From assembly GCA_963769935.1 (NCBI GenBank), contig CAVYNY010000018.1:96001-160000 (forward strand): DNA of 64,000 nt, given 5' to 3'. The notes beneath the pieces were generated by a model. It made no database searches and was not told where the DNA came from. It saw nothing but the letters and a program-made list of their open reading frames with translations. How positions within the stretch are numbered: position 1 is the first letter of the stretch; the number at the start of each line of letters is the position of its first letter. The stretch is from an uncultured delta proteobacterium (GTDB lineage Bacteria; Desulfobacterota; Desulfobacteria; Desulfobacterales; JAFDCJ01). This document shows positions 19,444 through 30,490 of the stretch, in pieces. Both the position numbers and the translations under genes were made by a program.

Positions 19444-19595
19444 AATGGATTCTCATTTTAAAGAAAATAATTGGACAGGATCAACAGGATCGTTAGGATA
19501 ATGCGGCCTTCGGCCGAAAGGCCCCTCGCCGCAGGCGAAAAAATTCCTGATAATCCTGTTAATCCTGTCTAAATAAAATATAAGCCGAATCCATT
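19444..19595. repeat. Inverted-arm element with ~9-nt periodic arms and central GC hairpins
   Basis: aatggattc...gacaggatcaacaggatcgttaggat ... atcctgttaatcctgtc...gaatccatt; central ggccttcggccgaaaggcc. Confidence 0.75.
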
Positions 19596-19662
19596 CCACA
19601 TACCTTCATTGAAGTTTCACATGAGATCTCCGGGTTTTGGAAGCGGTCAGAAGGAGTAAATC

Positions 19663-21342
19663 ATGAGCACAAACAAATATGCCCTTGGCATCGATTTCGG
19701 CACCGAATCGGGACGCGCGGTTTTGGTGGAAACCAAGACCGGCCGGGAAATTGCCGCAGCCGTTTATTCCTATGAAAACGGCGTCATTGATGAAAAACTG
19801 CCGGTGGATGGTGCGCCGGTCCGGCTCGAACCCGAATGGGCGCTGCAGGACCCGCAAGACTATATTCGAACCTTCCGGCAGACGGTACCGGCGGTACTGT
19901 CCCAAGCCGGGGTTCATCCGGAGGATGTCATCGGCATCGGCATCGACTTTACCGCCTGCACCATGATGCCGGTCAAAAGCGACGGTACGCCCCTGTGCGA
20001 CCTGCCCGAATATCGACGCCACCCGCATGCCTGGGTCAAACTTTGGAAACACCACGCCGCCCAGCCGGAAGCGGATAAAATCAACGCCGCCGCTCGCCGC
20101 CTGGGCGAAGCCTGGCTTGACCGCTATGGCGGGAAAATTTCATCGGAATGGTTTTTTTCCAAAGCGCTGCAGATCCTGGACGAGGCGCCTGAAATCTATG
20201 CCGCCGCCGATCGTCTGATCGAAGCCGCCGACTGGGTGGTCTGGCAATTGACCGGCGTCGAAAAGCGCAATTCATGCACCGCCGGCTACAAAGCCATGTG
20301 GTCCAAACGGGAAGGGTACCCGCCGAACGCCTTTTTCAGGGAGCTGGACCCGCGCCTGGAAAAGATCGTCGACGAAAAAATGGCGCGCACGATTTACCCC
20401 ATCGGCGCCAGGGCCGGGGAACTCACCGCCCGGGCCGCCGCCTGGACCGGCCTCAAGGAGGGCACGGCGGTGGCCGTCGCCAATGTCGACGCCCATGTTT
20501 CGGTGCCGGCCGCCACGGTGACCGAACCCGGACGGATGGTGATGATTATGGGCACCAGTATCTGCCACATGTTGCTGGGCGAGGAAGAGCGGCGGGTGGA
20601 AGGGATGTGCGGGGTGGTCGAAGACGGTATCATTCCGGGGTTGTTCGGATATGAGGCCGGCCAATCCGGGGTCGGCGATATTTTTGCCTGGTTTGTAAAT
20701 AACGGCATTCCCGCCGCCTATCAGCGCGAGGCCCGCGAACGGGCCATGGATATTCATCAGCTGCTGGAAGAAAAGGCGGCCTTGCAAAAACCCGGTCAGC
20801 ACGGACTGTTGGCGCTGGATTGGTGGAACGGCAACCGCTCGGTGCTGGTGGACGTGGAACTCTCGGGCCTTTTAATCGGAGCGACCCTGGCCACCAAAGC
20901 CGAAGACATTTACCGGTCGCTGATTGAAGCGACGGCCTACGGAACCCGGGTCATCATCGAAGCCTTTGAAAAAAACGGTGTGCGGGTGGAAGAGCTCGTC
21001 GCCTGCGGCGGACTGCCGGAAAAAAACAAGCTGTTGATGCAAATATATGCCGATGTCAGTGGGCGTAATTTTAAAATTTCAGCCGCTAAACAAACGCCCG
21101 CCCTGGGGTCGGCGATGTTCGGGGCGGTGGCGGCCGGCCGCCGGGCCGGCGGGTATGACACCATTATTGAAGCCGCCCGCCGCATGGCCAGGTTAAAGGA
21201 TGAAGTGTACCGGCCGATCCCTGCCAATCGGAAAATTTATGATCGGCTGTTTGCCGATTACGTGCGCCTGCACGATTACTTCGGTCGCGGGGAAAACAAT
21301 GTGATGAAGACCCTCAAGCGGATACGGAACGAGGTGAGCTAA
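19663..21342 (+). CDS. araB: L-ribulokinase
   Basis: [48 protein letters not shown] and [13 protein letters not shown] motifs. Confidence 0.95.
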   Translation: MSTNKYALGIDFGTESGRAVLVETKTGREIAAAVYSYENGVIDEKLPVDGAPVRLEPEWALQDPQDYIRTFRQTVPAVLSQAGVHPEDVIGIGIDFTACTMMPVKSDGTPLCDLPEYRRHPHAWVKLWKHHAAQPEADKINAAARRLGEAWLDRYGGKISSEWFFSKALQILDEAPEIYAAADRLIEAADWVVWQLTGVEKRNSCTAGYKAMWSKREGYPPNAFFRELDPRLEKIVDEKMARTIYPIGARAGELTARAAAWTGLKEGTAVAVANVDAHVSVPAATVTEPGRMVMIMGTSICHMLLGEEERRVEGMCGVVEDGIIPGLFGYEAGQSGVGDIFAWFVNNGIPAAYQREARERAMDIHQLLEEKAALQKPGQHGLLALDWWNGNRSVLVDVELSGLLIGATLATKAEDIYRSLIEATAYGTRVIIEAFEKNGVRVEELVACGGLPEKNKLLMQIYADVSGRNFKISAAKQTPALGSAMFGAVAAGRRAGGYDTIIEAARRMARLKDEVYRPIPANRKIYDRLFADYVRLHDYFGRGENNVMKTLKRIRNEVS

Positions 21343-21343
21343 T

Positions 21344-21501
21344 TACAGAGAAGGCCATAATTAAGTAAACATAAAAGATGTCTCTGTCAGCCACCATGTT
21401 TTATTAATTTAGAAATGGCATTCGGCGCAGGGCTTTAGGCACAAGGTAAAGGTTTTTTTCGATTTTAAATACATCTTATGTCTAATAATTTATGCTCGGC
21501 T
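21344..21501 (+). repeat. ~160-bp dispersed MITE-like repeat A, copy 2
   Basis: Direct copy of 14848-15006 with scattered substitutions. Confidence 0.88.
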
Positions 21502-21574
21502 CAGTAAGCCCGCCCTGAAAAACAGCACATTGATGTAAGCCATTGGCCGTATTGATAGATTGAAAGTTATCCAC

Positions 21575-22639
21575 ATGTGCGAATTCCCTCACCGCCGCTT
21601 TAACCCGTTAACCGGTGAATGGATTCTGGTGTCGCCCCATCGCACCCAACGACCCTGGCAGGGGCAGCAGGAATCATCCGGCCGGCCGGATCTTCCGGAC
21701 TATGACCCGGACTGCTACTTGTGTCCGGGCAATTCACGGACGGGCGGCAGTCGCAACCCGGACTACCGGGATATATTCGTATTCGACAACGACTTTCCGG
21801 CGCTGCTGCCCGACCTCCCGGCCCGAAAAATGAATGCCGCCGGCTTGCTGAAAGCAACGCCAGAAAAGGGCCTTTGCCGGGTCATGTGTTTTTCGCCGCG
21901 CCACGATCTTTCCCTGCCGCAGATGGCGCCTGCCATGATTCAAAAAGTCATCGCCGAATGGGCCCGTCAATACCTTGAACTTGGCAAACTTGCGTGGATC
22001 AATCATATTCAGATCTTTGAAAACAAAGGCGCTATGATGGGCGCCAGCAACCCGCATCCCCATTGCCAGATTTGGGCCGGCCAAAGCATACCGGCCGAAC
22101 CGGCCAAAGAGCTGACGGCCTGCAGCCGCTATATGCAGGCCGAATCAGCGTGTTTGTTGTGTGATTATCTTGGGTTGGAACTTCAACGGGATGAACGGCT
22201 TGTTATGGAAAACGGCAGTTTTGTGGTTGTGGTTCCTTTTTGGGCGATCTGGCCGTATGAAACCCTGCTCATCTCACGTCGCCATGTCGCCGACCTGGCA
22301 GAATTGACGCCGGATGAACAGCGGGACCTGGCCGACATTTTGAAACGGTTGACCATACGCTATGACAACCTTTTTCAAACTTCTTTCCCGTATTCCATGG
22401 GCTGGCATCAATGTCCCACCGACGGGCGACCGTATCCGCAGCTGCACCTGCATGCGCACTTCTACCCGCCGCTGCTCAGATCGGCGACCGTGCGCAAATT
22501 TATGGTGGGCTTTGAAATGCTGGGGGAACCGCAGCGCGACATTACCGCGGAGACCGCCGCCCTGCAATTAAGACAGCTGCCGGAAGAGCATTTCCGCGCC
22601 GCATCGGCAAATGGGCCTCCGGCCGGCCGGCTCTCCTGA
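21575..22639 (+). CDS. galT: Galactose-1-phosphate uridylyltransferase
   Basis: [33 protein letters not shown] and [18 protein letters not shown] motifs. Confidence 0.96.
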   Translation: MCEFPHRRFNPLTGEWILVSPHRTQRPWQGQQESSGRPDLPDYDPDCYLCPGNSRTGGSRNPDYRDIFVFDNDFPALLPDLPARKMNAAGLLKATPEKGLCRVMCFSPRHDLSLPQMAPAMIQKVIAEWARQYLELGKLAWINHIQIFENKGAMMGASNPHPHCQIWAGQSIPAEPAKELTACSRYMQAESACLLCDYLGLELQRDERLVMENGSFVVVVPFWAIWPYETLLISRRHVADLAELTPDEQRDLADILKRLTIRYDNLFQTSFPYSMGWHQCPTDGRPYPQLHLHAHFYPPLLRSATVRKFMVGFEMLGEPQRDITAETAALQLRQLPEEHFRAASANGPPAGRLS

Positions 22640-22647
22640 AAGATTTT

Positions 22648-23796
22648 ATGCCACTGATTTCACAGACGGTCGCGTCCCATCGCACCCACTTTGACCGGCC
22701 CGCGACGCCCCGTATTTTCCAGGCGCCCGGCCGGGTCAATCTGGTCGGCGACCACACGGATTACAACGATGGATTTGTGCTGCCGGCCGCCATCGATCGG
22801 CAAATTGTGGTTGCGGCCACTCCCAGGCGGGACTCCCGGGTCAATGTGTATGCCCTGGATTTTGATCAATGGGATCATTTTGATTTGCAAAATGAAATTG
22901 CGCGGCTCGGCGAAAATTCCTGGGGCAACTATATCCGGGGCATGGCGTGGTCGCTGCTGCGGGAAGGCTGTCGATTAAGGGGCATGGATGCCGCCGTGTC
23001 CGGAAATATTCCCATCGGCGCCGGCCTGAGCTCATCGGCGGCAATTGAAGTGGCCGCCGGCTATGCCATGCTGCAACTGTCGGAACAAGAGTGCGATCGA
23101 ACGTGCCTGGCCCTGGCCGCCCAAAAAGCCGAAAACGACTTTGTGGGGATGCGCTGCGGTATTATGGATCAGTATATTTCATGTTTGGGGCGGCAAAATC
23201 ATGCGCTGCTCATCGACTGCCGCGACCTGAGGTATCGGGCCCTGCCGTTGCCGTCCGGGGCCCGGATCGTCATTGTCGACAGCGGCGTCCACCGTGGCCT
23301 GGTGGATATGGCGTACAACGCACGCCGCCTGGAATGTGAAGCCGCCGCCGCCCATTTCGGTGTCTGCGCGCTGCGGGACGTCAGCCTGCAGGCATTTAAG
23401 GCCCGGGCCCATGAATTGGACCCGACCGCACGCCGTCGAGCCCGGCATGTGATCACCGAAAACGATCGCACCGCAGCGGCGGCCGAAGCCTTAACGGCCG
23501 AAGATCTCAAGACCGTCGGCAGCTTGATGGTTGCTTCCCATGCCAGTTTGCGGGATGACTTTGAAGTCAGCTGCCCTGAACTCGATCTATTGGTGGAGAT
23601 TGCCCTGGAAGTGCAAGGCGTATACGGCGCCCGTCTGACCGGCGCCGGATTCGGGGGATCCATGGTGGCCCTGGTGCAGCCGGAAGCGGCGGCGGATTTA
23701 GCCGCCGCCGTCGCAGCGCGTTATGGAACCGTATCGGATCGCCGGGCAACCGTCTATGTCTGCAGGGCATCTGAGGGAGTGTCGGAAATTACATAA
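22648..23796 (+). CDS. galK: Galactokinase
   Basis: APGRVNLVGDHTDYNDG, PIGAGLSSSAA, CGIMDQ and GARLTGAGFGG motifs. Confidence 0.95.
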   Translation: MPLISQTVASHRTHFDRPATPRIFQAPGRVNLVGDHTDYNDGFVLPAAIDRQIVVAATPRRDSRVNVYALDFDQWDHFDLQNEIARLGENSWGNYIRGMAWSLLREGCRLRGMDAAVSGNIPIGAGLSSSAAIEVAAGYAMLQLSEQECDRTCLALAAQKAENDFVGMRCGIMDQYISCLGRQNHALLIDCRDLRYRALPLPSGARIVIVDSGVHRGLVDMAYNARRLECEAAAAHFGVCALRDVSLQAFKARAHELDPTARRRARHVITENDRTAAAAEALTAEDLKTVGSLMVASHASLRDDFEVSCPELDLLVEIALEVQGVYGARLTGAGFGGSMVALVQPEAAADLAAAVAARYGTVSDRRATVYVCRASEGVSEIT

Positions 23797-23852
23797 TTTG
23801 TGGTTTTTTTAACCAGCTAAAATGTTACCAAAATTAGAGAAAGGGACAAGCG

Positions 23853-25364
23853 ATGCAGGATTTAAAAAAATATGAAGTCTGGTTTTTGACCGGCAGTCAG
23901 CACCTTTACGGTGACGAAACCCTCCGGCAGGTTGCCGAACACGCCCGCACAATAGCCGCTGCCCTTTCTTCCTCCAAGGCGATCCCTGTCCGGGTGGTTT
24001 GCAAGCCGGTCCTGACCACGGCGGAAGCCATTTCGAAGCTCTGTCTTGAAGCCGCCGCCGAATCGGCCTGCGTCGGTCTGATCGCCTGGATGCACACATT
24101 TTCGCCGGCCAAGATGTGGATCGCGGGTTTAAAGGCGCTGCAAAAGCCCTTTCTGCATCTTCATACTCAGTACAACCGCGATATTCCCTGGTCGCAGATT
24201 GACATGGATTTCATGAACTTAAATCAGTCGGCCCACGGCGGCCGGGAGTTCGGGTACATCTGCACCCGCCTGGGCAAACAAAGAAAGGTGGTCGTCGGCC
24301 ACTGGCAGGACCCGACGGTCCAGGAAAAGCTGAATACCTGGATGCGGGCGGCCTGTGCGTGGCATGATGCGCAGCAAGGCAAAATCGCCCGCTTCGGGGA
24401 CAATATGCGGGATGTGGCCGTTACCGAAGGCGATAAGGTCGAAGCTCAACTGCGGCTTGGCTATGCGGTGAACGGCTACGGCGTCGGTGACTTGGCCGCC
24501 TACGTCAAAGCAATAGAGGATTCGGCCGTCGACCGGCTGATCGGCGAATATGCCGAGTTGTATGATATTGCTGGATCCGCCGCCAGGGGCGGCAGCCGTC
24601 ATCATGCGCTGCGGGAATCCGCCCGCATCGAACTGGGTATGCGGGCGTTTTTAAAAGAGGGCAACTTTAATGGGTTTACAACGACGTTCGAAGATTTGCA
24701 CGGGTTGGAACAATTGCCCGGTTTGGCAGTCCAAAGACTCATGGCCGACGGCTATGGCTTCGGCGCTGAAGGCGACTGGAAAACAGCCGCCTTGGTCAGA
24801 GCCCTGAAAGTGATGTCGATCGGTCTTGGGGGAGGGACATCTTTCATGGAAGACTACACCTATCACCTGGATCCGTCCGGGATGAAAGTGCTGGGCGCCC
24901 ATATGCTTGAAGTCTGCGCCAGCATCGCACAGGGCCGTGCCGCAATCGCCGTCCATCCGCTTTCAATCGGAGGCAAAGCCGATCCGGCGCGTCTGGTGTT
25001 TAACGTTGCCGTGGGTGATGCCCTGAATGCATCCATCATCGATTTGGGCGACCGTTTCCGCATGATTGTCAATGAGGTTGCGGTGGTTGCACCGGATGAA
25101 CCGCTGCCCAAATTACCGGTCGCGCGGGTCATGTGGGTGCCGAAACCCGATTTGGCAACTGCGGCCGGGGCCTGGATCTTGGCCGGCGGGGCTCATCACA
25201 CCGCCTTCAGTCAATCCGTAACAAGCGATCATCTGGAAGATTTTGCCGAAATGGCCCGGATTGAATTTTTGCTGATCAATGCGGAAACGAGATTATCCGA
25301 CTTTAAAAAGGAACTGCGTTGGAATGAGGCTTACTACCTTAATAGAGTCAAAGGACTCTATTAA
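23853..25364 (+). CDS. araA: L-arabinose isomerase
   Basis: [40 protein letters not shown] and SFMEDYTY motifs. Confidence 0.97.
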   Translation: MQDLKKYEVWFLTGSQHLYGDETLRQVAEHARTIAAALSSSKAIPVRVVCKPVLTTAEAISKLCLEAAAESACVGLIAWMHTFSPAKMWIAGLKALQKPFLHLHTQYNRDIPWSQIDMDFMNLNQSAHGGREFGYICTRLGKQRKVVVGHWQDPTVQEKLNTWMRAACAWHDAQQGKIARFGDNMRDVAVTEGDKVEAQLRLGYAVNGYGVGDLAAYVKAIEDSAVDRLIGEYAELYDIAGSAARGGSRHHALRESARIELGMRAFLKEGNFNGFTTTFEDLHGLEQLPGLAVQRLMADGYGFGAEGDWKTAALVRALKVMSIGLGGGTSFMEDYTYHLDPSGMKVLGAHMLEVCASIAQGRAAIAVHPLSIGGKADPARLVFNVAVGDALNASIIDLGDRFRMIVNEVAVVAPDEPLPKLPVARVMWVPKPDLATAAGAWILAGGAHHTAFSQSVTSDHLEDFAEMARIEFLLINAETRLSDFKKELRWNEAYYLNRVKGLY

Positions 25365-25371
25365 GGTGTCG

Positions 25372-25516
25372 GTTGTGGGTTGTAAGTTGTGTGTTGCATG
25401 TTGTGTGTTGCTTCATAGGATGACTTCAAATTTATATTCGCTGGGATCGTGAAATATAGAATTCAAATTGATATCATCCGAATCTCCAACAAACAACATC
25501 CAACTTACAACATGCA
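25372..25516. repeat. 7-nt periodic (GTTGxxx) inverted-arm element
   Basis: gttgtgg-gttgtaa-gttgtgt-gttgcat-gttgtgt-gttg ... caacaaa-caacatc-caactta-caacatg. Confidence 0.7.
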
Positions 25517-25586
25517 TTGAGCGGTACGACTCAATTTGAGTGCTATAAATTAAAGCATATGTGTTGCTAAAGAGGAGCCACAACGC

Positions 25587-26291
25587 ATGGATTTAAAGCA
25601 ATTGAAAGAATCGGTTTATCAGGCCAATATGGCGCTCAGCGCCAGCGGCCTGGTACTGTTTACCTTCGGCAATGTTTCCGGCGTTGATCGGGAGCGCCGC
25701 TTGCTGGTGATCAAGCCCAGCGGGGTGCCCTATGAGTCGCTGTCGCCCGATAACATGGTGTGCGTTTCACTTGAAAGCGGTGCTGTGATCGACGGCGATC
25801 TCAACCCCTCTTCGGACACCGCCACGCACTTGGCGCTTTACCGGGCGTTTACGGCTTGCGGCGGGATCGTCCATACGCATTCGGAATATGCCACGGCCTG
25901 CGCCCAGGCCCGCATTCCGATCCGCTGCATGGGAACCACCCAAGCCGACTACTTTTTCGGCGACATCCCGGTGACGCGCGCGATGACCCGGGCTGAAACC
26001 ATTGAAAACTATGAGAAAAACACCGGCCTGGTGATTACCGAGACTTTTAAAAAGTTGGACCCGCAGCAAATTCCGGCCGTGCTCGTTGCCAACCACGGTC
26101 CGTTTGTCTGGGGACCCAATCCGCAGGATGCGGTTCATCACGCCGTGGTCCTTGAATTTCTGGCGAAAATGGAACTGCACATCCGGCAGTTGAATCCGGA
26201 CGCTCCCCGACCCGCCCGGCACCTTATCGAAAAGCATTATCTGCGCAAGCATGGTGCCGCTGCCTACTATGGACAGCGTTCCCAAAAGTAA
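25587..26291 (+). CDS. araD: L-ribulose-5-phosphate 4-epimerase
   Basis: FTFGNVSG, IKPSGVPY, PSSDTATH, VHTHS and HYLRKHG...YYGQ motifs. Confidence 0.95.
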   Translation: MDLKQLKESVYQANMALSASGLVLFTFGNVSGVDRERRLLVIKPSGVPYESLSPDNMVCVSLESGAVIDGDLNPSSDTATHLALYRAFTACGGIVHTHSEYATACAQARIPIRCMGTTQADYFFGDIPVTRAMTRAETIENYEKNTGLVITETFKKLDPQQIPAVLVANHGPFVWGPNPQDAVHHAVVLEFLAKMELHIRQLNPDAPRPARHLIEKHYLRKHGAAAYYGQRSQK

Positions 26292-26320
26292 ATTTTTTCA
26301 AGAAATAGGGGAGAACAAAT

Positions 26321-27379
26321 ATGGGCCCCCAAAAGCTGACTTTTGGACAGACTCCTGATGGGAAGCGGGTTGATCTTTACACCTTGGCCAACGCCGGCGG
26401 CATGGAAGTAAAAATCACAACCTATGGTGCGGCGATCGTTTCGCTGGTGGTGCCGGATCGCAACGGCAAACCGGCAGATGTGGTTTTAGGTTATGACTCG
26501 CTGGAAGACTACATCGCAGGGGGATATTACTTCGGCTGCATTGCCGGACGCTATGCCAATCGAATCGCCGGCGGCAAGTTTACATTATACGGTACGGAAT
26601 ACCGGCTGGCCGCCAATGACGGCGACAACCATTTGCACGGCGGCCTGCGCGGCTTCGACAAAATGGTGTGGCAGGCCCACGAATTTGAAGACAACGCCGA
26701 CATGGGCTTAAAGTTTTCTTATTTGAGCCCGGGCGGCGAGGAAGGCTACCCCGGAAACCTGGCGTGCACCGTAAGTTATACCCTCGGCGCAGCCAACGAG
26801 CTCAAAATCGATTACCATGCCACCGCCGATGCACCGACGATCGTAAATTTGACCCAGCATACCTATTTCAATCTGGCCGGCGCCGGGTCCGGTGATATTT
26901 TAAATCATGAGCTGATGATCAATGCCGATCGGTTTACACCGGTTGACAACCGTCTGATACCAACCGGCGAATTAAGAAGCGTCCAGCATACCCCGTTTGA
27001 CTTTACCCGGCCCACAGCCATCGGCGCCCGCATCGATCATGACGACCAGCAGCTGCTTTTTGGAAACGGCTACGACCACAACTGGGTCTTAAACAAAGAT
27101 GGGGACGGCCCGTGTCTGGCGGCCAGGGCCTTGGAACGAAATTCCGGGCGCACGCTGGAAGTGTACACGACCCATCCCGGCCTTCAGTTTTATTCCGGCA
27201 ACTTTCCGGATAACCGGATTGCCGCCAAAGCCGGTCAAATATACCCGCATCGCGGCGGCTTTTGCCTGGAAACCCAGCATTTTCCGGACTCGCCGCACCG
27301 GCCGGATTTTCCGTCCACGGTACTTGACCCCGGAGCGGAATATGAACACACAACCATCTATAAGTTTACAGCCGGATGA
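26321..27379 (+). CDS. galM: Aldose 1-epimerase (galactose mutarotase)
   Basis: GRYANRI, NHLHGG, GYPGNL, HTYFNL, GYDHN and CLETQHFPD motifs. Confidence 0.95.
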   Translation: MGPQKLTFGQTPDGKRVDLYTLANAGGMEVKITTYGAAIVSLVVPDRNGKPADVVLGYDSLEDYIAGGYYFGCIAGRYANRIAGGKFTLYGTEYRLAANDGDNHLHGGLRGFDKMVWQAHEFEDNADMGLKFSYLSPGGEEGYPGNLACTVSYTLGAANELKIDYHATADAPTIVNLTQHTYFNLAGAGSGDILNHELMINADRFTPVDNRLIPTGELRSVQHTPFDFTRPTAIGARIDHDDQQLLFGNGYDHNWVLNKDGDGPCLAARALERNSGRTLEVYTTHPGLQFYSGNFPDNRIAAKAGQIYPHRGGFCLETQHFPDSPHRPDFPSTVLDPGAEYEHTTIYKFTAG

Positions 27380-27594
27380 ATGCTGCCGGGTTGCCACACA
27401 ATTTTCCGGCATCTGCCGGTGGAATTTTGGCTAAGAGCACTAAGCCTGGTTACCGTATTTTCGCACATACCATTACCACCAAATCCATCCCTTTAAACTT
27501 GCGGATAAGTGGTTTTTGTTTTCATTTACCTTATTACATGGTATGAGACGCCTGTCTCAAGGGAATTTAAATCGTCCGCAATTTCAAAAGAAAA

Positions 27595-28821
27595 ATGATC
27601 TCTGAATTTTCTCTTCTTATCTTAGGCTATATTTTTGGGTTTTACATGGCCTGGAACATCGGCGCCAATGACGTGGCCAATTCAATGGCGTCGGCTGTCG
27701 GCGCCAAAGCCATTACCATCCGCCAGGCAATTTTCATTGCCGGAATCCTGAATATAGTCGGAGCGACTTTCATCGGCAGCCATGTTACCAACACCATCCG
27801 CAAGGGCATTGTCTCAACCGACATCCTGGCGGACCCGAACCTGGCTCTCATTGGAGCCCTCGCCGCCCTTCTATCAGCTGCTTTATGGGTATCCTTTGCG
27901 ACCTGGAAATCACTGCCCGTATCGACGACCCATTCCATCGTCGGCGCCATGATCGGCTTCGGCATCATGGCGGGTGGATTTGCCACGATCAACTGGGGCA
28001 AGCTGGGAGCCGTGGTCCTGAGCTGGATTATCTCCCCGGTCTTCAGCATGGTAATCGGCTACGGCATGTTTAAAATAATCGTTAGGACCATTTTGGGAAA
28101 AAAAGACACGTACGACCGGGCGTTGAGATTGTCCCCTTATTTTATCGGAATCGCCATATTTGTCGTTATCCTTTCTTTTCTATTTAAAACACCGCTCGGC
28201 GAAGAGTTGTCCATCGGGACGCCCGCGGCATTGATCGTTGCGGGTATACTGGCCTGCCTTCTGGGCTATGCCGGAATGCGTGCGCTGCGCCGCTTCGTTA
28301 AAAATCCTGGAACTTCCGGCGAGGAAGCCATCTTTCGTAAAATTCAGATCGGGACCTCATGCTATGTTGCCCTGGCGCAGGGCGCAAACGACGTTGCCAA
28401 TGCCATCGGACCGCTGGCCGTGATTTATTTCATCGTCAAAACCGGCAGCGTGGGTGCCAAGGTTCCGGTGCCGTTGTTTCTGCTGTTTTTCGGCGGCATC
28501 GGAATTGCCTGCGGTATCGCAATGGCCGGCAATCGCGTGATGGAAACCATCGGCCGCCGGATCACAACCCTCAACAATACCCGCGGTTTTTCGGTTGATT
28601 TTGCCGCCGCCACCACCGTGCTGGCAGCCTCAAAATTGGGGCTGCCGGTTTCCACCACCCATGCGGCCGTCGGCGGTGTGATGGGCGTGGGTCTGGCCCG
28701 CGGAATCGAGGCCGTGAATTTCAAGATCATCTATCAAATCATGATTTACTGGATACTGACCGTACCGGCTTCGGCGATAACAAGCATGGTCATATTTAAA
28801 ATCCTTCAACTCATTGTTTAA
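27595..28821 (+). CDS. pit: Inorganic phosphate transporter (PiT family)
   Basis: GANDVAN twice and PVSTTH twice. Confidence 0.95.
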   Translation: MISEFSLLILGYIFGFYMAWNIGANDVANSMASAVGAKAITIRQAIFIAGILNIVGATFIGSHVTNTIRKGIVSTDILADPNLALIGALAALLSAALWVSFATWKSLPVSTTHSIVGAMIGFGIMAGGFATINWGKLGAVVLSWIISPVFSMVIGYGMFKIIVRTILGKKDTYDRALRLSPYFIGIAIFVVILSFLFKTPLGEELSIGTPAALIVAGILACLLGYAGMRALRRFVKNPGTSGEEAIFRKIQIGTSCYVALAQGANDVANAIGPLAVIYFIVKTGSVGAKVPVPLFLLFFGGIGIACGIAMAGNRVMETIGRRITTLNNTRGFSVDFAAATTVLAASKLGLPVSTTHAAVGGVMGVGLARGIEAVNFKIIYQIMIYWILTVPASAITSMVIFKILQLIV

Positions 28822-28832
28822 AGGAGATAGAT

Positions 28833-29501
28833 ATGCGAATTCCCTTTCTTTCAATGTTTGTAACTTCACCATTCGAGGGCTTGCTGGAACACGCCGAAAA
28901 GGTAAACGAGTGCGCCCTGGTTTTCCAGCAGGCGATGGAGTGTTATATGTCTGAAGGATGTGAGCGCTTTGAAGATTTCCGGCAGGAAATTCATCGCATA
29001 GAAGATGAGGCCGATGCGATCAAACGCCGGATTCGGGGTCATCTGCCCAAAGGCACCCTGCTGCAGTATGATAAATTTGAGCTTTTCAGGTACCTGGGGG
29101 AGCAGGATAAAGTCCTGGACGCCATGCAGGACAGCTTGGACTGGATCTCCATCAGAAGAGAACTCGGAATCCCGCAAAGTCTTGCAACCGACATAAAAGT
29201 ATTCGTGGATGCGGTCACAAATGCCGTAGCAGAGTTGAGCAAAATGGCGGCTGAGGCGCACAAGTATTTTAAAAGCTATGCCAATGACCAGCGGATTCAT
29301 GTCAAGGAAATGATACGAAGCCTGCGCCGGCAGGAACACGAAGCCGACAAATTAGAGGATGGCTTTAAACAGAAGGTCTTTGATTCGATCAGCGATCCGG
29401 TGACGGTGTTTCATCTGGTCAGAATGGCGGAGATAATCGGTTCAATCGCGGACCATGCCGAGAATGCAGGTGATATGATGCGGGCCATGATCGCTGTATA
29501 G
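28833..29501 (+). CDS. DUF47/TIGR00153 PhoU-like phosphate transport regulator
   Basis: EDEADAIK, EHEADKLE and IADHAENAGD motifs; adjacent to pit. Confidence 0.9.
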   Translation: MRIPFLSMFVTSPFEGLLEHAEKVNECALVFQQAMECYMSEGCERFEDFRQEIHRIEDEADAIKRRIRGHLPKGTLLQYDKFELFRYLGEQDKVLDAMQDSLDWISIRRELGIPQSLATDIKVFVDAVTNAVAELSKMAAEAHKYFKSYANDQRIHVKEMIRSLRRQEHEADKLEDGFKQKVFDSISDPVTVFHLVRMAEIIGSIADHAENAGDMMRAMIAV

Positions 29502-29591
29502 TAAAGAATCCTGCTCGATAGAAAGGTGCTGGGCAGCCGAGTGAGCCTTTTTGACGAGCTCGCTCGATTAGGGCAAAAAAAGGGGGGACCT

Positions 29592-30488
29592 ATGAAAGAG
29601 TTCACGAATCGGGTAGCGGTTGTCACCGGAGCCGCCAGCGGTATCGGCCGCGCCATGTCAAAGAGTTTCCTGGATGCCGGAATGAAGGTAGTTCTGGCCG
29701 ACATTGATGAAGAAAGGTTGGAAAGCACCCTGCATTCATTCGCGGACTTCGGCGCCAATCTGCTTGGGGTGCCAACCGACGTCTCGCAGGCCAAGCAGGT
29801 TGAGGAGCTGGCCCACAGAACGCTTGAGAGGTTCGGTGCCGTGCATATGTTATGCAACAATGCCGGCGTCGGTTACGGGGGGCGCAGCAGCTGGGAAACG
29901 CCGCTGGAGGGCTGGAAATGGGTACTCGACGTCAATCTCATGGGCGTTGTCAATGGCATTTACACCTTCATGCCGATTATGTTGGAACAAAACACCGAAG
30001 CCCACGTGGTGAATACGGCATCGATAGCGGGCCTCATCCGAAATGTATTTTCCATCACCTACGGCGTCAGCAAACACGCGGTTGTTGCCTTATCAGAGTC
30101 CATGCATCTCGAACTGCTAAGCCGCAATTCCAAAATAAAGGTCAGTGTCCTGTGCCCCGGACCGGTCAGCACGGACATCTTTAATTCGTCGGAACGAAAT
30201 CGACCTGCAAACGTTCCGCCGCCCCCGGAATTAACCCCCGGGGAAGCTTTTTTCTTGAGGGTCTATCAAACATATATTGAGCGCGGCCTTGATCCCGCTG
30301 AAGTTGCCCACCTGGTACTCGAAGCGATCCGCGAAGAACGCTTTTACGTGATTACCCATGATTATAAAAGCTATATCGAAGCCCGCCTGAAGAATGTGCT
30401 GGCCGGGGAAAATCCGGAAATTCTGCCACCGCCGCAGGACTATTTGAAGATCTACCAGGAACTGATGAGTCAATCGGAAGGGCACTAG
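29592..30488 (+). CDS. Short-chain dehydrogenase/reductase
   Basis: TGAASGIG, NNAGV, NTAS and YGVSK motifs. Confidence 0.92.
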   Translation: MKEFTNRVAVVTGAASGIGRAMSKSFLDAGMKVVLADIDEERLESTLHSFADFGANLLGVPTDVSQAKQVEELAHRTLERFGAVHMLCNNAGVGYGGRSSWETPLEGWKWVLDVNLMGVVNGIYTFMPIMLEQNTEAHVVNTASIAGLIRNVFSITYGVSKHAVVALSESMHLELLSRNSKIKVSVLCPGPVSTDIFNSSERNRPANVPPPPELTPGEAFFLRVYQTYIERGLDPAEVAHLVLEAIREERFYVITHDYKSYIEARLKNVLAGENPEILPPPQDYLKIYQELMSQSEGH

Positions 30489-30490
30489 CG

